Below are positions 10,341 to 17,668 of a stretch of DNA of 21,730 bases, piece by piece. The notes under the pieces are model-generated. The model was not told the origin of the DNA, searched no databases, and worked only from the letters and a program-made list of their open reading frames with translations. Positions within the stretch are counted from its first letter, which is position 1. The number at the start of each line of letters is the position of its first letter. This DNA comes from Candidatus Aenigmatarchaeota archaeon (GTDB lineage: Archaea > Aenigmatarchaeota > Aenigmatarchaeia > QMZP01): NCBI GenBank assembly GCA_039091855.1, contig JAWCLA010000010.1, positions 1 through 21,730 on the forward strand. The letters are read 5' to 3'. The position numbers and the translations under genes are program-made.

Positions 10341-10889
10341 ATGGGCAGTGATGTTATGCTAACCTTTGACACTCTCAGCAGGATAGCGAGGGAGGAAAAG
10401 TCTTCTGCCAGTCTCACAAAGCTTCCCGAAGGCTTCTTTGACGAGGTTATTCAGTACCTAAATAATAAGAAGCGGGCATCGGAAGTTAAGGATGAGTCCT
10501 GGGAAGCTGAAAGTGCAAATATGGTCTTGAACGACATACTGAGGGCGAGGGAGAGGAAAATCCTGTTGTCAGCCATTTTGTTTTTGGATTCTGGCACGGA
10601 GCCTGCAAACCTTACCCCGGAGGAAAGGTCATTTTTCAGCAAGGCTACCGAAATGATTGCGAATTTCAGGAACGAGAGGAAAAAACTTCTGGAACAAGGA
10701 AGGAACAGAAAGTCTGTTGTGGCATTTCTTGAGGATGTCCCTGAGTTTGTTGGGAGCGATATGAAAAATTACGGACCCTTCTCAAAGGGCGATGTTGCAA
10801 GCCTTCCCGAGGACGTTTCAGAGGTTTTGGTAGAAAGAGGTGCTGCAAGATTTGTTGAGCCTCAAACCACATCAAAGAAACCTATTTAA
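10341..10889 (+). CDS. GINS subunit (Gins51/Gins15 type)
   Basis: LTKLPEGFF, RERKI and NLTPEERSFF in the helical A domain; C-terminal B domain FLEDVPEFVGSDMKNYGPF.KGDV.SLP; follows the primase as in the conserved archaeal cluster. Confidence 0.88.
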   Translation: MGSDVMLTFDTLSRIAREEKSSASLTKLPEGFFDEVIQYLNNKKRASEVKDESWEAESANMVLNDILRARERKILLSAILFLDSGTEPANLTPEERSFFSKATEMIANFRNERKKLLEQGRNRKSVVAFLEDVPEFVGSDMKNYGPFSKGDVASLPEDVSEVLVERGAARFVEPQTTSKKPI

Positions 10890-10946
10890 ATATTCCTTTC
10901 AGAATAGATTAATCTGTGAATAGTTTGAAAACGCAAAGGGATTTTT

Positions 10947-11234
10947 ATGAGATTTCCAAAAACCATAAACACATACTGCCCATATTGTCGCAGGCACACA
11001 GAACATAATGTGAAGCAGGCAAAGAAGAAAACAAGGGGTACAGCGAGACCCATGTCTGCATCCAACAGACAAAAGGACAGGCTGAAAAGAGGTTATGGGG
11101 GACATGGAAAGTTTTCAAAGCCCGCTGTTTCCAAAAAGCCAACACAGAAGGTTGACCTCAGGTTGAAGTGTGGAAACTGTGGCAAATCGCACACGAAGAA
11201 AGGTTTTAGGATAAAGAAGTTCGAGTTGGTTTGA
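10947..11234 (+). CDS. rpl44e: 50S ribosomal protein L44e
   Basis: PK..NTYCPYCRRHTEH, KKPTQKVDLRLKC..CGK. Confidence 0.97.
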   Translation: MRFPKTINTYCPYCRRHTEHNVKQAKKKTRGTARPMSASNRQKDRLKRGYGGHGKFSKPAVSKKPTQKVDLRLKCGNCGKSHTKKGFRIKKFELV

Positions 11235-11235
11235 T

Positions 11236-11790
11236 ATGGCTTACAAAAAAATAATTGGAAGAGAGCCCTATGATAGGGAAGGACTCAAGACAATCTCGGA
11301 GATACTTTTGTCAGGAGGCGAGATTCCTCAGGTTTACAAAGGCAGGGAATACGTATTAAAAATAATAGGCGGTGTTCCCCAATGGTATGATGCTGAAAAA
11401 AACGAGATAGCGCCCTGCAGGATACAGAACGGCATTTACTCAAAGTATGACACAAACCAGGACGAGTTCTGGAATGTTTTCAGGCAGGCAACTAGCAATG
11501 CCAGAAACTCACAAAATCGCTACAAAAAATATGAGGAAAAGAAGAGGGAAAGCGAAATATTGAGAAAGAGAGAACTTCTCCTATCGCTCAGGGATTCTGG
11601 CTCTCTTGGGATGATTTTTGAAAAGGAGATTGACGCCCTTAAGATTTACGGAAGCCTCAAGGGAAAAAAACAACTTTTAAGAAAATATGGAAAGGGGTTT
11701 TCTGAAATTCTTGAGGGCATTGAAAGAGATGTAAATGAAATAAGGAAAAACCCAAGAGAATACGGGATAAGGATAACAAAAAAGAAGTGA
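11236..11790 (+). CDS. Hypothetical basic protein between rpl44e and rps27e
   Basis: 184 aa; starts 1 nt after the rpl44e stop and ends 4 nt before rps27e; no recognised motif. Confidence 0.75.
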   Translation: MAYKKIIGREPYDREGLKTISEILLSGGEIPQVYKGREYVLKIIGGVPQWYDAEKNEIAPCRIQNGIYSKYDTNQDEFWNVFRQATSNARNSQNRYKKYEEKKRESEILRKRELLLSLRDSGSLGMIFEKEIDALKIYGSLKGKKQLLRKYGKGFSEILEGIERDVNEIRKNPREYGIRITKKK

Positions 11791-11794
11791 GGAT

Positions 11795-12001
11795 ATGACA
11801 TCAAAATTCCTTAAGGTAAAGTGCAATAAGTGCAAGAACGAGCAGATGGTTTTCGAGAAGGCATCTACAGTTGTAAAGTGCCTTGTTTGTGGTGAGGTTC
11901 TTGCAGAACCTACAGGGGGAAAGGCAAAGCTTAACGTTAAGGTAATTACAGAGAAGGGAAAGTCTCAAAAATCAAAAAAGAAAGATAATGAAGAGGAATA
12001 A
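11795..12001 (+). CDS. rps27e: 30S ribosomal protein S27e
   Basis: [32 protein letters not shown]. Confidence 0.97.
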   Translation: MTSKFLKVKCNKCKNEQMVFEKASTVVKCLVCGEVLAEPTGGKAKLNVKVITEKGKSQKSKKKDNEEE

Positions 12002-12047
12002 GTCAATTTCTGAAAAGGATATATTATATAATATTGCATAGATATGT

Positions 12048-12809
12048 ATGAAAAAATCACAAGGTCCGAACGGGGGAGAGCTTGTTATTTGCAGGATAAC
12101 AAGGATAAACCCTAATTCTGCCTTTGCCGAACTAGTGGAGTATGGAAAAACAGGCATGATTCATGTGTCTGAGGTGGCATCAAGGTGGGTACGAGACATT
12201 CGCGAGTTCATAAAGGAAAACCAGTATGTTGTGTGCAGGGTTATGGAGGTTGACAGGGATCACATATCGCTATCAATAAAAAGGGTTAGACAGGAAGAAG
12301 CAAGCAGCAAGCTGAACGAGTTCAAGAGGGAAAACAAGGCTGAGAAGCTTCTTGAGATTGCCGCAAAGGGAATAAAAAAGTCCCTTGAGCAGGCATACCA
12401 GGAAGTTGGGTTCAAGCTGCAGGACGAGTTCGGGTCGCTCTCAAAGGCTTTCGAAATCGCTTGGAAAAACCCGGAGCTTCTTAGAGCCAAGGGAATTCCG
12501 TCTGATTGGATAAAGCCTCTTGTTGAAACAGCCAAAAGGAGCTATTCTGAAAAAACCTATGAAATAAGGGCAGAGCTTAACATAATAAGCTACAGCCCTG
12601 ATGGTGTTGAAATCATAAAAAGGGCTTTGTTGAAGGCGGCAACTGAAAACGGGGTTGAGGTAAAATACATCTCAACTCCAAAATATATGGTTATTTCGAG
12701 GGGAAAGAATTACAAGGAAATAAAAGCTGTTTTGGAGAAAGCTGTTAAATCAATAGCAGATGATATAACTAAGCAGAAAGGGGAGTGCACATACAGCATT
12801 CTTGAATAA
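12048..12809 (+). CDS. eif2a: Translation initiation factor aIF2 alpha
   Basis: S1 domain GELVIC.I, GMIHVSEVASRWVRDIR, HISLSIKRV; C-terminal SPDGVE.IK and YISTPKY. Confidence 0.95.
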   Translation: MKKSQGPNGGELVICRITRINPNSAFAELVEYGKTGMIHVSEVASRWVRDIREFIKENQYVVCRVMEVDRDHISLSIKRVRQEEASSKLNEFKRENKAEKLLEIAAKGIKKSLEQAYQEVGFKLQDEFGSLSKAFEIAWKNPELLRAKGIPSDWIKPLVETAKRSYSEKTYEIRAELNIISYSPDGVEIIKRALLKAATENGVEVKYISTPKYMVISRGKNYKEIKAVLEKAVKSIADDITKQKGECTYSILE

Positions 12810-12841
12810 GCTCTAATTTTGGATAAAGGGAAAAGGATAAT

Positions 12842-14176
12842 ATGGTGCTTGACAGCCTTGGAGACTCATTGAAGCAGGCTTTCAGGAAGATAGCAGGACT
12901 CGGAATTGTGGACAGGCGGGCAGTTGATGTAATTGTGAGGGATATACAGCGAGCGCTTCTTCAGGCTGACGTTGACGTGAGCCTCGTTGCAGAGCTTTCC
13001 GGAAAAATAAGGAAAAGTGTTCTTGAGTCAAAGCCGCCTGCCGGCCTGACTTTAAGGGAGTATTTCATAAAAATCCTTTACGAGGAGATTGTTAGATTTC
13101 TCGGAGCAGAGGGAGGCGAGATTCAGCTGAAGCCACAGAAAATCCTGCTCATAGGGTTGTTTGGCTGTGGAAAAACCACAACCGCTGGAAAGCTCGGCAG
13201 GTGGTTCAAGGTAAGGGGAATGAGTGTTGGGCTTGTTGCCTGCGACACCCACAGGCCTGCCGCACAGGAACAGCTGAGGCAAATAGGAAATAATCTTGAC
13301 ATAAAGGTTTATTCAGAAGGGAAAAATCCAGAGGAGATTGCAAAAAAAGCAATCAGTATGGCAAGGGAGGATGTGCTGATATTTGATTCTGCTGGAAGGG
13401 ACGCTCTTGACAGGGAGCTTGCGAAGGAGCTCGAAAACCTCGGAAAGATCATAGACCCACAGGAAGTCATTCTTGTTATTCCAGCTGACATAGGGCAGGC
13501 TGCAAGGAAACAGGCAGAGGAATTTAACAGACTTGTTGGAATAACTGGTATTATCGTGACAAAGCTTGACGGGACAGCAAAAGGTGGTGGGGCGCTTGCA
13601 GCGTCAGTTGCATCAGGTGCAAGGGTAAAGTTTATAGGTGTTGGTGAAAAGCCTGAGGATTTTGAGATGTATGACCCAAAGAGGTTTGTGTCAAGGCTTA
13701 TCGGCTATGGGGATTTGCAGGGGCTCCTGGAAAAGGCAAGGGAAACGGGAATAACCGAGGAATCAGCAAAGAAAATCGTTGAGGGAAGGTTCACGCTGAA
13801 CGATTTCATAGAGCAGGTTTCGGCAATGCAGAAGATGGGCCCGCTGAGCAAAATAGCCGAGATGATTCCCGGGATTTCTGGGCTAAAAATACCGAAGGAT
13901 ATGCTTGATGTTGAGCAGGAGAAAATGAAGAAATGGGTACACATAATAAACTCGATGACGCCTGCTGAGAGGGAGGATCCTGAAATAATAAAGCATTCAA
14001 GGATTGTTAGAATAGCAAGGGGGGCAGGAGTGAAGGAGCAGGACGTGAGGGAGGTTCTCAAATACTACAAGCAGGTTCAGAAGTTTATGAAAATCGCGAA
14101 GGGTGGTAAAGGCCTTAAGAGGGGACCTCTCGCAAGGATGATGAGGCAGATGGGACTAAATTTAGACAAGGAATGA
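12842..14176 (+). CDS. srp54: Signal recognition particle protein SRP54
   Basis: DIQRALLQADV, GLFGCGKTTT, DTHRPAA, DSAGR, TKLDGTAKGGGAL; M domain KMGPL..I.EMIPG and SRIVRIARGAG. Confidence 0.97.
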   Translation: MVLDSLGDSLKQAFRKIAGLGIVDRRAVDVIVRDIQRALLQADVDVSLVAELSGKIRKSVLESKPPAGLTLREYFIKILYEEIVRFLGAEGGEIQLKPQKILLIGLFGCGKTTTAGKLGRWFKVRGMSVGLVACDTHRPAAQEQLRQIGNNLDIKVYSEGKNPEEIAKKAISMAREDVLIFDSAGRDALDRELAKELENLGKIIDPQEVILVIPADIGQAARKQAEEFNRLVGITGIIVTKLDGTAKGGGALAASVASGARVKFIGVGEKPEDFEMYDPKRFVSRLIGYGDLQGLLEKARETGITEESAKKIVEGRFTLNDFIEQVSAMQKMGPLSKIAEMIPGISGLKIPKDMLDVEQEKMKKWVHIINSMTPAEREDPEIIKHSRIVRIARGAGVKEQDVREVLKYYKQVQKFMKIAKGGKGLKRGPLARMMRQMGLNLDKE

Positions 14177-14316
14177 CGGATTTGAGAGAGTGGGTTAAAT
14201 CTAACAGGTTTTAATATAACTGTCTTCAATATGTAAAATAGCAAAATTGTAAGTTAATGGGAACTTACATAGATTTAATAAAGTCCTCTTCGGATGGTTA
14301 AGCAATTGTATGGTTA

Positions 14317-14448
14317 ATGATGAGTATGGCCAAATTCAAGTGCGAGAAATGTGGATGGATAGGAAAGCCTATATTCATGGAGCCTGCAACAAGGCTTTGC
14401 CCGAACTGCAGGGGGGTGAACCTCAAGAAGATTAAAGAAAAGGAATAG
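14317..14448 (+). CDS. Small zinc-ribbon microprotein (43 aa; start may be ATG 14326)
   Basis: Manual translation MMSMAKFKCEKCGWIGKPIFMEPATRLCPNCRGVNLKKIKEKE, with two CxxC knuckles. Confidence 0.75.
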   Translation: MMSMAKFKCEKCGWIGKPIFMEPATRLCPNCRGVNLKKIKEKE

Positions 14449-14517
14449 TTCACTTTGAAGCTTCTTGGGGTTATTTTTATATGCACAGTTTACATAGTTC
14501 AGCTAAAGTTCAGGTGG

Positions 14518-14661
14518 GTAAAGTCTTTGGGATCTCAACCCTTTCTTGGAAAGGGCTGAAATTATATGAACCAATTGCACTGTTATAGTAAAGTCTTTGG
14601 GATCTCAACCCTTTCTTGGAAAGGGCTGACGGGGGTTCGGCCCTTTTTTCAAAAGGGCTGA
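14518..14661. repeat. Two exact 42-bp direct repeats plus a third degenerate hairpin, directly upstream of tRNA-Gly
   Basis: GTAAAGTCTTTGGGATCTCAACCCTTTCTTGGAAAGGGCTGA at 14518-14559 and 14588-14629; then TCGGCCCTTTT-TTC-AAAAGGGCTGA at 14637-14661. Confidence 0.9.
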
Positions 14662-14663
14662 TT

Positions 14664-14821
14664 GCGTGGGTAGTCTAATGGTAGGACGTCACCCTGCCAA
14701 CTCAGGGCAGCTCGGTGGCAATGCGGGTTCGATAAAAGCGAAGTCGGAACTGAAGCTGGAAGGTGTCATCTGACGCCTTCTGTCGGAAATCCGCCTTCCA
14801 TCGAAACTCCCGCCCTACGCA
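14664..14821 (+). tRNA. tRNA-Gly(GCC) with two introns (37/38: 14700-14712; 59/60: 14734-14807)
   Basis: Acceptor GCGTGGG/CCTACGC, D stem GTCT/GGAC, anticodon stem TCACC/GGTGG, loop CT-GCC-A|C, T stem GCGGG/CCCGC, discriminator A; splice helices CTGC/GCAG and TTCG/CGAA each followed by a 3-nt bulge. Confidence 0.9.
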
Positions 14822-14912
14822 TTTCCCAAATTCTTTGGTGATTAACCGAACTTATTTATAAGAACAGAAATCCAATAATATCACATAAAACTCAAAAAAT
14901 CCCGGAGTTCCC

Positions 14913-15359
14913 ATGGCAAATGAAAAACAGCCCCTAAATGATATATCTCTTCCCGCTGCTCCTGAGGCTCCAAGAAGGCAATCTGCCCCTGCTTATGCCA
15001 CAAAGGAGTCGGGAGAGAGTTTTCCACCGCTTTTTATAAAGATTGACAAATACAAGGAGCTCGTACAAAACCTGCAAAGGCTCAAGAGCTATGCTCTTAA
15101 CTTGAGGGATGCTCTTGACGCGCTGAGTGACATAGAGAAGGAGCTCAAGACAGGAATACAACTGACGCAGAAAGCCCTTGACGACTTCAACGCGATAATT
15201 GCCCTGTTGGATGCAAAGCTTGTAAGGCTTTCAGAAGGCGAGGAGGGGGGAGAAGTTGAAACTGCAGAACCGCCCGAAAGAATGGACGACTACATAAAAA
15301 GCGTTTATGACCAGATAGACAAAATCAGGAGCGAGTTGAGGACCATAACCTCTTCCTGA
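14913..15359 (+). CDS. Hypothetical coiled-coil protein (PLFIKIDKY motif)
   Basis: 148 aa; Pro-rich N-terminus followed by heptad-like helices. Confidence 0.8.
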   Translation: MANEKQPLNDISLPAAPEAPRRQSAPAYATKESGESFPPLFIKIDKYKELVQNLQRLKSYALNLRDALDALSDIEKELKTGIQLTQKALDDFNAIIALLDAKLVRLSEGEEGGEVETAEPPERMDDYIKSVYDQIDKIRSELRTITSS

Positions 15360-15431
15360 CTGTTTTTATGAAATCATAGCAGCGCTCTTTCTTAAATGCT
15401 TATAATACCCTTTATTTAATTCTAATATCGT

Positions 15432-15700
15432 GCGGAGGTAGCGAAGTGGACAAACGCGCGGGACTCAAGAGCCTAGGGAAGGCTTCATAGCTCCTTCGGC
15501 TAGTCCGAAGGTGGCGAAGCCACCTTCCCCGTCAACAATAGCAAGGCGAAAGAGCCATCCCGTGGCTTAGTGCCTTCGTCGGTTCGAAAGCCAAGCCTTT
15601 TCCAGGAGCTTCCGCTTCCACAAAAGGCTAGGGTTTACCCAAAAGTTAAACACAATTAACTGTTAAAGCGATTGACTTTGCGAATATCCGGCCCTCCGCA
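15432..15700 (+). tRNA. tRNA-Leu(CAA) with two introns (37/38: 15470-15556; 59/60: 15589-15686)
   Basis: Acceptor GCGGAGG/CCTCCGC, anticodon stem CGGGA/TCCCG, loop CT-CAA-G|A, long variable arm GGC-TTAGT-GCC, T stem GTCGG/CCGGC, discriminator A, followed by a T-tract; lies upstream of rpl18e as in many archaea. Confidence 0.92.
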
Positions 15701-15781
15701 CCTTTTTAAAGTTTAAATATACAGACTGCCAAAAGTAAACGTAATTTATTAACTATGTAATAATGGGTTTAGGAGAATGCT

Positions 15782-16135
15782 ATGAAACTAAGAGAAAAAA
15801 ACCCATTGCTAAGGGAAACAATAGAGAAGCTGCACAAGGCAGGCGTGGAAAAGCCACTCTGGAAGGCCGTGGCTAAGGGTATGAACAGGCCGAGAAGCAG
15901 GAGGCTTGAGGTAAACCTGAAAAGGCTTAACAAGCTTGCTTCAGACAAAGAAATCGTTGTGGTGCCGGGAGTTGTGCTTGGAGATGGAAACATAGAAAAA
16001 AGGCTCACCGTGGCTGCATTGAAGTTCTCCTCCGATGCGAGGAAAAAAATAGAGAGGGCTGGCGGAAAATGCTTATCAATAGAGGAGCTTTTCGAAAGCA
16101 ATCCTGACACGTCAAAAGTAAGGATAGTTGGTTGA
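15782..16135 (+). CDS. rpl18e: 50S ribosomal protein L18e
   Basis: PLWKAVA...RPRSRRLEVNL, VVPGVVLGDG, VAALKFSSDA..KIE.AGG. Confidence 0.97.
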   Translation: MKLREKNPLLRETIEKLHKAGVEKPLWKAVAKGMNRPRSRRLEVNLKRLNKLASDKEIVVVPGVVLGDGNIEKRLTVAALKFSSDARKKIERAGGKCLSIEELFESNPDTSKVRIVG

Positions 16136-16136
16136 T

Positions 16137-16550
16137 ATGGACAGGGTGTTTTTTGATGCTGAAAACCAGATTGCAGGGAGGCTTGCCTCAAGGGCGGCAA
16201 AGGAAGCGCTAAAAGGCAAGATGGTTATTGTAGTGAATGCCGAGAAGGCAATAATATCGGGCAACCCGAAATTTGTGATAAAGAGGTATTATGAGATGGT
16301 AAGCAGGGGAGACCCTTACCACGGGCCTTTCTATCCGAAAATGCCTGACAGGATTCTCAGGAGAATCATAAGAGGTATGTTACCTTGGAAAAAGCCAAGG
16401 GGGAAGCAGGCATTCAGAAGGATAAAGGTTTTTGTCTCCGTTCCCGATGAACTTTCAAAGGAGAATTTCCAAAGGATTGAGTCCAAAATGCCTGCAAAAT
16501 TCATAACAATTGGTGAGCTTTCGGAAAGGATTGGTGGGAGAAAGATATGA
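16137..16550 (+). CDS. rpl13: 50S ribosomal protein L13
   Basis: DAENQIAGRLAS, VVNAEKAIISG, GPFYPKMPDRILRRIIRGMLP; ATG 16137 just after the rpl18e stop. Confidence 0.96.
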   Translation: MDRVFFDAENQIAGRLASRAAKEALKGKMVIVVNAEKAIISGNPKFVIKRYYEMVSRGDPYHGPFYPKMPDRILRRIIRGMLPWKKPRGKQAFRRIKVFVSVPDELSKENFQRIESKMPAKFITIGELSERIGGRKI

Positions 16551-17119
16551 GCGAAAAAAAGCCAAAACCGGAAAAGAAGCATTCTCAGAAGAAAAAAGAG
16601 CCTTTGCAGGAAAAGGAAAGGGTAAAGAAGCTCATAGAAGAGAAAATGGAAAAGATAAGGAAGCAGGAGCTTGCAAAGAAGGAGGAAAAGCCAAAGGAAG
16701 CAAAGCCAAAACCTCTTCCCCAAACGGTTTTTGTAACAGGAAAGAGAAAGAATGCTGTTGCGAGGGGATTTTTCAGGCCGGGAAAGGGAATAATAAGGGT
16801 AAATTCTGTCCCGCTGGAACTTTTACAGCCGGAGATGCTGAGGTTGAGAATAATGGAACCGCTCATGCTCATAGGTGATGCCTGGAAGGGGTTTGACGCA
16901 AAAATAACGGTAAAGGGTGGTGGTCCGTCCGGGCAGGCGGAGGCAGTCAGGATGGTTATTGCAAGGGGGCTTTCCGAGGTTCTTGGGGAGGATGTAAGAA
17001 AAACATTTTTATCTTATGACAGGAATTTGTTAGTATATGACCCGAGAAGGACGGAACCGCACAAGCCGCCTCATTCTTCTTGGGGACCTAGGAGATACAA
17101 ACAGCGCTCGAAGAGGTAA
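16547..17119 (+). CDS. rps9: 30S ribosomal protein S9 with Lys/Glu-rich N-terminal extension
   Basis: TGKRKNAVAR, VKGGGPSGQAEAVR, YDRNLLVYDPRRTEPHKP, QRSKR; start overlaps the rpl13 stop (ATGA). Confidence 0.96.
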   Translation: MSEKKPKPEKKHSQKKKEPLQEKERVKKLIEEKMEKIRKQELAKKEEKPKEAKPKPLPQTVFVTGKRKNAVARGFFRPGKGIIRVNSVPLELLQPEMLRLRIMEPLMLIGDAWKGFDAKITVKGGGPSGQAEAVRMVIARGLSEVLGEDVRKTFLSYDRNLLVYDPRRTEPHKPPHSSWGPRRYKQRSKR

Positions 17120-17121
17120 AG

Positions 17122-17222
17122 GGGATTAGCATGGAATCCGTAATATCAATTAAAGTTTTTGGGGTAAGGCTTAGACCTTTTGTGGAAGCGGTAGCTCCTG
17201 TAAAAAGGGATTAGCATGGAAT
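17122..17222 (+). repeat. 16-bp direct repeat of the rps10 start region
   Basis: GGGATTAGCATGGAAT at 17122-17137 and 17207-17222. Confidence 0.85.
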
Positions 17223-17551
17223 ACGCTCGAATTAAGCTTGCTGGAAGAAACATAGAGGAATTGAACCAGATATGCGAGGAGATAAAGGAGATAGCAAAGA
17301 GGCACGGAGTTTCCATACGCGGGCCTATGCCATTGCCTACAAAGAAACTGAGAGTGACAACATTGAAGACACCCTGCGGTGACGGAACAGGGCACGGAAA
17401 CGCGACATGGGACAGGTGGGAGATGAGGATTCACAGGAGGATTGTGGACATAGGAGCGAACGAGAGGGCATTGAGGCAGGTGGTAAGAATCCCGATACCG
17501 GAAGGCGTTAAGATAGACATAGAGCTTAAGGAAAAGTACGAGCATCACTGA
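17216..17551 (+). CDS. rps10: 30S ribosomal protein S10
   Basis: [24 protein letters not shown]...[12 protein letters not shown]. Confidence 0.97.
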   Translation: MEYARIKLAGRNIEELNQICEEIKEIAKRHGVSIRGPMPLPTKKLRVTTLKTPCGDGTGHGNATWDRWEMRIHRRIVDIGANERALRQVVRIPIPEGVKIDIELKEKYEHH

Positions 17552-17622
17552 TTCTTATAAGAAGAAATAATTCTGTCACTCAAAAACTAAAAATTAGTGA
17601 ATCGCTTATCGTACGAGTCCGA

Positions 17623-17638
17623 CAGAAATTTTTATAAA
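17623..17638 (+). promoter_or_regulatory. Putative BRE and TATA box
   Basis: CAGAAA-TT-TTTATAAA about 22-30 nt upstream of the ATG at 17660 and the structured region. Confidence 0.55.
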
Positions 17639-17668
17639 TGGTTGTGAGAAATATTTTTTATGCAAAAA

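Noticed and set aside
14518-14661. CRISPR mini-array
   Set aside because: Only two full repeats; the single gap resembles the upstream flank (TTATATG and TGCAC.GTT in both); the third unit has no spacer; no cas genes in the window
14734-14807. Intron-encoded box C/D guide RNA
   Set aside because: CTGA is present but there is no RTGATGA box C
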